From NCBI GenBank assembly GCA_965203805.1, contig OZ241917.1, forward strand, positions 3,808,001 to 3,872,000: a stretch of DNA of 64,000 bases. The letters are read 5' to 3'. This document shows, piece by piece, positions 56,995-64,000 of the stretch. Below the pieces are notes generated by a model that saw nothing but the letters and a program-made list of their open reading frames with translations, ran no database searches and had not been told where the DNA came from. Source of the DNA: Candidatus Latescibacterota bacterium (GTDB lineage Bacteria; Latescibacterota; UBA2968; GCA-2709665). A program made the position numbers and the translations under genes. Within the stretch, counting starts at the first letter, position 1. Each line of letters opens with the position of its first letter.

Positions 56995-59196
56995 ATGCCG
57001 CCCGAGGCCGGGGATGGTGAATTGAGCAGACGACGCACGCGAAATCTGAAGCTGGAACGCCCCAACGGACTTCGCCAACCCGCGACCGTGGCCGCCGTCT
57101 TCCTGGGTCTCCACGTCGTTCTGGCATACTGGCGTCCCAATCCCTTCTGGGGCGCTGACCTCCTTACCTATTATCCCGATTCTCTGAAGGGCGTCTTCAT
57201 CCTGCTGGCGATACTCGTTTTCATTCCCGGCGTGCGCGCCCGGTTCCGCGCCCTTTTCGCGGCCCTGCCGGGTGCGGTCTGGGGCAGCGGCGTCCGCACC
57301 TGGATCACCCGCGCCCTGCTGATTCTCCTGGCGCTGGCCGGATTCATTGCGCTGCAGTCCTCCCGGCACCTCCTCGGCGACGGGTACCTCTATCTGCGGG
57401 AACTGGATGCCGGCATCACGCAGCGCGTCGACCGTGCGCCGTTAACCTTCGCGCTGATTCGCGTGCTGCATCACGCCGGCGCCGGGTTATGGCATACCGC
57501 CGAGAATACGTACCGTGTCTACAGCTATGCCTCCGGTCTCCTGTACCTCCTGCTGGCATTTGCCACGGCCGGCGTTCTGGGGAAGAACGATCGCGAAAAA
57601 TCCGTGGTATTGGCGTTCCTTGTCACCGCCGGATACGTGCAACTGTTCTTCGGTTACGTGGAGAACTACGCTTTCTACATGCCGGCCAGCCTGCTGTACC
57701 TGCTTGCGGGGCTTCGGAGTCTGGAAAACCGGGCGCCCCTGTGGGTACCCGCGCTGGCGCTCGGCCTGCTCATCCCGTTTCACTTTCTGTTTGTTCTCTT
57801 TGCGCCTTCCCTGCTCATACTTGCGTATTTCAGGTACAGGCGCCGGGAGACATCAACGCCGCGATGGAAGCGGATTCCGGCCAATGTCGCCGCGCTGTGC
57901 GCCGCCCCGGTTGCCGCCGTGCTGGTCTTCTGGCTGGCCGGGTTCGACGCCGCTGCTTTTCTGGAGCGGACCGGCGGAAAACACCACATCCTCCCGCTGT
58001 TTTCGGACCCCGGTTTTCACGTGCCCTACCGCATCGTTTCCATCTCGCATTTGCTCGACTTCGTCAACCTGCAGATCCTCTCCGCGCCGGCCGCGTTGAT
58101 GGCGCTGTTCCTGTTCGGCAGGCAGGATTTACGTCATCATCCGTTCCTGCTTGCCGCCGCCGTCGTTCCTCTTTTCTTTACGTTCATTGCAAACCCTGAA
58201 ATCGGCGCTTTCAGGGACTGGGACATTCTCGCGCTTCCCGCCCTGCCGCTTACGCTCTGGGCTGCCTCGGCGCTTCTGGAGAACGGCAAACGGGCGGGGC
58301 GGCGAGCCCGCAACATCTCCGTGATCTGCGCCGCGGCCGCCCTGCACACCATGCTGTGGATCGGGGTGAACGCCAATCCGGCGGCCGCCGAAGCGCGATA
58401 TGCGCATCTCGTAAGAAGGCTTGACGGACATGCGGGCTCCTACGGATGGGAGACACTCGGGACGTACTACCGCCTGCGAGGGAAAACGGTACCGGCACTC
58501 AATGCGTACAGGCGCGCGCTCGACGCGAATCCGCGCAACCCCCGACACTGGTTGGCGGTCGGGATCATCTACTGCGACCTCGGCCGGGCGGAGCGTGGGA
58601 TCGACCATCTCAGAAAGGCGGTGGAGATCCGGCCCGACCTCTCGGAGGCGCATATCAATCTGGGCGCCGCGTACCTTGGGACCGGGCGGCACGGGGAAGC
58701 GATTGACCACCTTGAGAAAGCCGTTGAACTCCAGCCGGGAAGCGCGCTCGCGCTCGTCAACCTCGGCGCCGCCTACAACGAGACAGGAAGGTTCAGCGAG
58801 GCTGTCGACCCACTTGGCAAGGCGCTTGAGATACAGCCTGGACACGCGGGAGCGCATGTCAATATCGGCGCGTCCTACCACGGTCTCGGCCGGTACGAGG
58901 AGGCGGTTGAACACCTGAAGAAAGCGCTCGAGCTCCAGCCCGCGCTGCGCAGCGCACAGACCTATCTGAACATCGGCGGCACCTATCACAGCATGGGCCG
59001 GTTCGAAGAGGCGATCCCGTACCTGAAGAAGGCCATTGAAATCAACCCCCGGCTCACGAACGCCTACTTCAATCTGGGCCTGGCCTACGGCGCTCTGAAT
59101 CGGATGGAGGAAGCCAGAGCCAATCTGCGAAAGGTCCTGGAACTGAATCCCGATGATCCCCAGGCGCCGGTGATCAGACAGTTGTTGAGGCGATGA
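56995..59196 (+). CDS. Multi-pass membrane protein with C-terminal TPR repeats
   Basis: Many TM segments (FFGYVENY, RDWD) followed by about 7 canonical TPRs (NLGAAY...EAIDHLEKAVEL.P). Start uncertain. Confidence 0.82.
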   Translation: MPPEAGDGELSRRRTRNLKLERPNGLRQPATVAAVFLGLHVVLAYWRPNPFWGADLLTYYPDSLKGVFILLAILVFIPGVRARFRALFAALPGAVWGSGVRTWITRALLILLALAGFIALQSSRHLLGDGYLYLRELDAGITQRVDRAPLTFALIRVLHHAGAGLWHTAENTYRVYSYASGLLYLLLAFATAGVLGKNDREKSVVLAFLVTAGYVQLFFGYVENYAFYMPASLLYLLAGLRSLENRAPLWVPALALGLLIPFHFLFVLFAPSLLILAYFRYRRRETSTPRWKRIPANVAALCAAPVAAVLVFWLAGFDAAAFLERTGGKHHILPLFSDPGFHVPYRIVSISHLLDFVNLQILSAPAALMALFLFGRQDLRHHPFLLAAAVVPLFFTFIANPEIGAFRDWDILALPALPLTLWAASALLENGKRAGRRARNISVICAAAALHTMLWIGVNANPAAAEARYAHLVRRLDGHAGSYGWETLGTYYRLRGKTVPALNAYRRALDANPRNPRHWLAVGIIYCDLGRAERGIDHLRKAVEIRPDLSEAHINLGAAYLGTGRHGEAIDHLEKAVELQPGSALALVNLGAAYNETGRFSEAVDPLGKALEIQPGHAGAHVNIGASYHGLGRYEEAVEHLKKALELQPALRSAQTYLNIGGTYHSMGRFEEAIPYLKKAIEINPRLTNAYFNLGLAYGALNRMEEARANLRKVLELNPDDPQAPVIRQLLRR

Positions 59197-59233
59197 GCTG
59201 TCAGCCGTCAGCCAAAACCGAAAGGCGAGACCT

Positions 59234-59337
59234 ACCCCCTATCCCCCTTCCCGGGGGGAAGGGGGAAACTGTGACCCGCTCAAGGTCTCCTGGTTTTCTC
59301 CCCCTCTCCCCCCGGGAGAGGGGGCCGGGGGGAGAGG
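59234..59337. repeat. Composite GC-rich double-hairpin REP-like repeat
   Basis: Homologous to 48765-48872. Confidence 0.75.
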
Positions 59338-59394
59338 TCTGCGCCTCTTCCGGGCATGCCATATCACGGCGCTGACGTCAACGGGTTTGGTTCT

Positions 59395-59533
59395 TGCTTC
59401 AAGCTGACTGCCGAACGCTAACTGCTGAAAGCTGCTTCTCGACGGCAGGGAATTTGGGGAAAGGGGTTTTGGATTTGCTTTTTGTCTTTTGCTTCAAGCT
59501 GACTGCTGAACGCTGATAGCTGACAGCTGCTTT
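59395..59533. repeat. Duplicated block of GCTGAxx heptamer repeats
   Basis: TGCTTCAAGCTGACTGCYGAACGCTRAYWGCTGAMAGCTGCTT present twice. Confidence 0.65.
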
Positions 59534-59542
59534 TCTACACAG

Positions 59543-60388
59543 GTGACTTATTTGGAACGAATCTACTTCATATCCGACGTCCACATCGGGTCGCCTGGAG
59601 TGGGAGACGCAACCCGGGAGCGGGAAGACGTCCTGATCGACTTTCTGAAGTCGATCCGCCACAACGCCGGGACGCTCTATATTGTCGGCGATCTATTCGA
59701 CTTCTGGTTCGAGTACCGCACGACGGTCCCTTCGACCGGCGCCCGCGTCCTGTTCGAGCTCTACAACCTGGTGGAGTCCGGCGTGCGCGTGATCTACCTG
59801 CCCGGCAATCACGATCTCTGGCCTGGCGAGTACTTCTCCGAACAACTCGGCGTTGAACTCCCCGGCGGTCCGATCACGGTCACCCATCAGGGACTCAGGA
59901 TCCACATCGCCCACGGAGACGAAATCCGGACCGACTGGCGGTTCCGCCTGAGCCGCGGCATCCTGAAAAACCGATTCTGCATGGGCCTGTTTCGCCTCCT
60001 TCATCCGGACCTAGGCGCCACCCTCGCCCGGTACACCTCCCGGCTTTCCGAGTTCCGGATCCGGAGGCGGGGTTCCGGTAACCGGGATATTCTCTATAAG
60101 GCCGCCCGCGGGAAAATCGCGCACGGCGTCGACGTCGTGATTCATGGACACTACCACTTTTCGCTTCACGCTCGTGTGGGCGGTTCGAGCGACGACCGGG
60201 GACGTACGGAAACGGGTCCCGTTGATCGTGCCGATGACCCCGCCGAACGCAGAGGAGAACTCGTTGTCCTGGGCGACTGGATACAAAAATACACGTACGC
60301 GGTATTGGAAGACGGGAAAATCCAGCTCAAGCAATGGGAAAAGCGCGGTTCGCCTGAACTGTCGATCTCACCCGAAGAAGCACCGTAG
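59543..60388 (+). CDS. UDP-2,3-diacylglucosamine diphosphatase-like metallophosphoesterase (LpxH family)
   Basis: ISDVHIG, VGDLFDFW, PGNHD, AHGD, HGHYH and LGDW. Confidence 0.85.
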   Translation: MTYLERIYFISDVHIGSPGVGDATREREDVLIDFLKSIRHNAGTLYIVGDLFDFWFEYRTTVPSTGARVLFELYNLVESGVRVIYLPGNHDLWPGEYFSEQLGVELPGGPITVTHQGLRIHIAHGDEIRTDWRFRLSRGILKNRFCMGLFRLLHPDLGATLARYTSRLSEFRIRRRGSGNRDILYKAARGKIAHGVDVVIHGHYHFSLHARVGGSSDDRGRTETGPVDRADDPAERRGELVVLGDWIQKYTYAVLEDGKIQLKQWEKRGSPELSISPEEAP

Positions 60389-60451
60389 CGAAACAGCATT
60401 GCGCCGGCGATTCCTCGGGAAACCATAGCCCGGCCATCAGAGAGCGTAAAA

Positions 60452-61942
60452 GTGATCCTCGCCATCGACCAGGGCACCACGGGCACGACCGTGCTCGTTA
60501 TCAACCGTACAGGCGACATCGCCGGCCGCGCCTATGCGGAATTCAACCAGATTTATCCGAAGCCCGGTTGGGTTTCTCACAACGCGGAGGAAATCTGGCG
60601 TTCCACGCTGTCCGTGATCGCCGAGGCGGTCCGAGACGCGGGTGTGCGGCCGCGGGACATGGCGGGGATCGGGATCGCCAACCAGCGGGAGACCGCCGTC
60701 CTGTGGGACAGGCTTTCAGGCGAACCCGTACACGACGCCATTGTCTGGCAGTGCCGGCGTACGACCGACCTGTGTCGCGCGTACCGGGAACGAGGGCTCG
60801 AGGAAACGGTCAGTGAAAAAACGGGTCTTGTCATCGACCCCTACTTTTCCGCGACCAAAATCGTCTGGCTCCTGGAAAACGTACCCGGCCTCCGATGCCG
60901 CGCCGAAAAGGGCGACATCTGCTTCGGCACCATTGACGCCTATCTTCTATACCGCCTGACTGGCGGCAAGGCACACGCGACGGACCTCACCAACGCATCC
61001 CGCACCATGTGTTTCAATATTCACACGAAGGCATGGGACGCCGATCTGCTGGACGCGTTCGACATTCCGCGGGCGATTCTCCCCGAGGTCCACCCCTCCG
61101 CCCACGAGTTCGGCAGGACGGCGGGCGCGGGACCACTGCCGGCGGGTATCCCCATCGCCGGTATCGCGGGAGACCAGCAGGCCGCCCTCTTCGGGCAGCG
61201 CGGCGTATCCGAGGGCGACGTCAAGAACACCTATGGGACAGGCTGCTTCGCCCTGTTTCACACTGGGTCCAAAGCGTTTCCTTCGAAAAACGGCCTGCTC
61301 ACCACACTGGCCTGCGATGCCGGCGGCGGCCCGGCCTACGCCCTGGAAGGTTCCGTCTTCAGCGCCGGATCGGCCGTTCAATGGTTGCGCGACGGCCTGG
61401 GCCTGATCGCGAGTGCGTCCGAAACGGAAATCCTCGCCCGATCGGTTCCGGATAACGACGGCGTCTACCTGGTCCCCGCGTTCACGGGCCTGGGCGCGCC
61501 CTACTGGGACCCGGATGCCCGCGGGACCATTGTGGGCATCAATCGCGGAACAGACCGGGCCCACCTGGCGCGGGCCACGCTCGAATCCATCGCCTATCAA
61601 AGCGCCGCTCTTGTGGACGCCATGGCCGCCGACACGGGGCGACCGGTAACCGGAATCCGCGTTGACGGCGGCGCTTCCGGGAACGACTTTCTGATGCAGT
61701 TCCAGGCCGATATCCTCAATACGCGCGTGATCCGGCCCCGGCATACGGAGACCACCGCCCTGGGCGCCGCCATGCTCGCGGGGCTTACGACCGGTGTCTG
61801 GACCGGCCCTGAGGCGCTGTCGGGTTTGAATCCTCCCGAACGTACGTTCGAACCGTCAATGTCCCAAAAAAAGCGCGACGCCCTGCTGAAACGCTGGCGT
61901 CACGCCGTTGAGACCGCCCGCCGCCACGGGAATCCCGAATAA
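60452..61942 (+). CDS. glpK: Glycerol kinase
   Basis: AIDQGTTG, NQRET, WQCRRT, DPYFSATK, GDQQAALFG, KNTYGTGCF and PAFTGLGAPYW. Confidence 0.97.
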   Translation: MILAIDQGTTGTTVLVINRTGDIAGRAYAEFNQIYPKPGWVSHNAEEIWRSTLSVIAEAVRDAGVRPRDMAGIGIANQRETAVLWDRLSGEPVHDAIVWQCRRTTDLCRAYRERGLEETVSEKTGLVIDPYFSATKIVWLLENVPGLRCRAEKGDICFGTIDAYLLYRLTGGKAHATDLTNASRTMCFNIHTKAWDADLLDAFDIPRAILPEVHPSAHEFGRTAGAGPLPAGIPIAGIAGDQQAALFGQRGVSEGDVKNTYGTGCFALFHTGSKAFPSKNGLLTTLACDAGGGPAYALEGSVFSAGSAVQWLRDGLGLIASASETEILARSVPDNDGVYLVPAFTGLGAPYWDPDARGTIVGINRGTDRAHLARATLESIAYQSAALVDAMAADTGRPVTGIRVDGGASGNDFLMQFQADILNTRVIRPRHTETTALGAAMLAGLTTGVWTGPEALSGLNPPERTFEPSMSQKKRDALLKRWRHAVETARRHGNPE

Positions 61943-62112
61943 AAAAGCGATCGCTAAAACCGGGGAGACGTAAGCCGGTAGACGGTAGTTAAAGGCGGTG
62001 AGACGTAAGACGGTAGACGGTAGAGGAAGTCATTTACAGTAGTGTTTCTGCAGTAACCGTGCCTGTTAATTTACCGTTATCGTAACGATAAGAAAAACCA
62101 TAGAGCACTAAA

Positions 62113-62258
62113 ATCCTCTCCCCTCTCACGTCTCCCCCTGGGGAGGGGCCGGGGGGAGAGGTTCCGCCCGTATCGCTGATGGACTTCGCCTGGCCATATC
62201 GATATCCTGTGGGCGCGGTGTGATCCTCTCCCCTCTCCCCTCTCACGTCTCCCCGCCT
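62113..62258. repeat. REP-like/purine-pyrimidine repeat with a short direct repeat
   Basis: ATCCTCTCCCCTCTC..ACGTCTCCCC present twice, plus GGGGAGGGGCCGGGGGGAGAGG. GACGGTA heptamers lie nearby at 61965-62024. Confidence 0.55.
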
Positions 62259-63932
62259 TTATTCGTCCGTCACGCATCCCTCGGAAGCCGTGGTCACGGT
62301 TTTGATGTATTTGTATAGCGTACCTTGCGTTGCCTTGAATGGCGGCGCCGTCCAGGCCGCTCGCCGTTTCGCCAGTTCCTCGCCGCCCAGGTCGACGCTG
62401 ATCTCGTTGGCTTCCGCGTCGATTGTGATCACGTCCCCGTTTTCGACCAGGGCGATGGCGCCGCCCTCCTGCGCTTCGGGCGTGATATGCCCCACGACGA
62501 ACCCGTGCGAACCCCCCGAAAAGCGTCCGTCCGTAATCAACGCCACGTCATTGCCCAGGCCCGCGCCCATGATCACCGACGTGGGCGTGAGCATCTCCGG
62601 CATACCGGGACCGCCTTTGGGCCCCTCATAACGGATGACGACAACGCATCCCTTCCTGACATCGTCTCGCTCCACCGCACCGAGGAGGTCCTCCTCGCGG
62701 TCGAACACCATCGCGGGCCCGGTGAACCGCACGCCCTCCTTGCCTGTGATCTTTGCCACCGCGCCCTCCGACGCCAGATTTCCTCTCAAGATCCGCAAAT
62801 GGCCCGTGGCCTTGATCGGCCGATCCATCGGCCGGACCACCTGCTGCCCTTCGTCGAGCCCGGGCAACTCGGCCAGGTTCTCCGCAATCGTCCCGCCCGT
62901 TACCGTCAGGCAGTCGCCGTTCAGCAGGCCGTTCTCCAGCAGGTACTTCATCGCGCCGGGCGTTCCGCCCACGTTGTGCAGATCCTCCATGACGAACTGT
63001 CCGCTGGGCTTGAAGTCCGACAACAATGGTACCCGGTCGCTCACCGCCTGAAAATCGTCGATTGTCAACGAGACGCCGACGGATTTCGCAATTGCGATCA
63101 TGTGCAACACCGCGTTGGTCGATCCGCCAAGGGCCATGATCACGACCATCGCGTTTTGGAACGCCTCGCGGGTCATAATGTCCCGAGGCTTGATGTCCTT
63201 CTCCAGCAGGTTCCGGATGGCCGCGCCGGACTGGAAGCACTCCTCCAGCTTTCCCTTGTCCACGGCCGGCGTCGAGGAACTGTAGGGCAGCGACATGCCC
63301 ATCGCTTCGATGGCGGAGGCCATGGTATTCGCGGTATACATCCCCCCGCACGCGCCAGCGCCCGGGCAGGCGTGCTGCACAACGCCCTTCCGCCCCTCCT
63401 CGTCCAGTTCGCCGGCCAGGTACTCGCCGTAGCTCTGAAAAGCGGACACGATGTCGAGCTTCTTCTGGTTGCTGAAGCCCGGTTTGATGGTCCCTCCGTA
63501 GATCATCAATGACGGCCGGTTCAACCGCCCCATGGCCATCACGCAGCCCGGCATGTTCTTGTCGCAGCCCGGGAGGGATATATTGGCGTCGTACCACTGC
63601 GCGCCCATTACCGTTTCGATGGAATCCGCGATGAGGTCCCGCGACTGCAGCGAAAAGCTCATGCCCTCGGTCCCCATCGAAATCCCGTCGCTGACGCCGA
63701 TGGTGTTGAAGCGCATGCCAAGCAGACCCGCCGCATCCACGCCCTGCTTCACCTTCGCCGCGAGGTCCAGGAGGTGCATGTTGCAGGTATTGCCCTCGTA
63801 CCACATGCTGGCGATGCCGACCTGAGCCTTGTCCATATCGGCTTCGGTCATTCCGGTTCCGTACAACATTGCCTGGGACGCGCCCTGGGACTTCACCTGT
63901 GTAATCCGGGAGCTGTACTTGTTCAGCGCCAT
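62259..63932 (-). CDS. ilvD: Dihydroxy-acid dehydratase
   Basis: [47 protein letters not shown] and TDGRFSG. Confidence 0.97.
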   Translation of the reverse strand: MALNKYSSRITQVKSQGASQAMLYGTGMTEADMDKAQVGIASMWYEGNTCNMHLLDLAAKVKQGVDAAGLLGMRFNTIGVSDGISMGTEGMSFSLQSRDLIADSIETVMGAQWYDANISLPGCDKNMPGCVMAMGRLNRPSLMIYGGTIKPGFSNQKKLDIVSAFQSYGEYLAGELDEEGRKGVVQHACPGAGACGGMYTANTMASAIEAMGMSLPYSSSTPAVDKGKLEECFQSGAAIRNLLEKDIKPRDIMTREAFQNAMVVIMALGGSTNAVLHMIAIAKSVGVSLTIDDFQAVSDRVPLLSDFKPSGQFVMEDLHNVGGTPGAMKYLLENGLLNGDCLTVTGGTIAENLAELPGLDEGQQVVRPMDRPIKATGHLRILRGNLASEGAVAKITGKEGVRFTGPAMVFDREEDLLGAVERDDVRKGCVVVIRYEGPKGGPGMPEMLTPTSVIMGAGLGNDVALITDGRFSGGSHGFVVGHITPEAQEGGAIALVENGDVITIDAEANEISVDLGGEELAKRRAAWTAPPFKATQGTLYKYIKTVTTASEGCVTDE

Positions 63933-64000
63933 GGTGTTCCTTTCTCCGTTCTCGCTCTGAAACCGTATCGTTCGCGGTTCCGTGACATTTCCGTTTTGTA

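Overview
A 64-kb stretch of a GC-rich bacterial chromosome. The twin-EF-hand dockerin-like modules, cohesin-like domains, FlgD/T9SS-like C-terminal domain, plant-type LRR and ankyrin proteins, sulfatase and PhyH dioxygenases suggest an FCB-related lineage such as Ca. Latescibacterota, possibly host (sponge)-associated; this is inference. Housekeeping and metabolic genes include polA, gltA, msrA, glpK, ilvD, an lpxH-like gene, a UbiD decarboxylase, a DsbD-like gene and a TRAP transporter. These are interrupted by accessory blocks. (1) A candidate defence island follows polA (14.5-24.8 kb): a 1790-aa Type ISP-like nuclease-helicase-methyltransferase with an extra ~90-aa C-terminal domain, an overlapping papain-like Cys/His protein gene, and a translationally coupled pair of STAND-like ATPases, the second ending in 43-aa TPR-like repeats. 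(2) A cluster of secreted, non-catalytic cohesin/dockerin-like proteins (25-30.5 kb) sits in a mosaic of paralogous intergenic modules. (3) There are five toxin-antitoxin loci: DUF433/PIN, a BrnTA with a nonsense codon in each gene, a PIN remnant with its antitoxin, a reversed darG-darT pair, and HigBA. (4) A 193-bp MITE-like element with 2-bp flanking duplications occurs in two full copies and one partial copy, alongside several REP-like palindromes. I recognised no rRNA, tRNA or CRISPR array. All family assignments come from reading motifs by eye, not from database searches.
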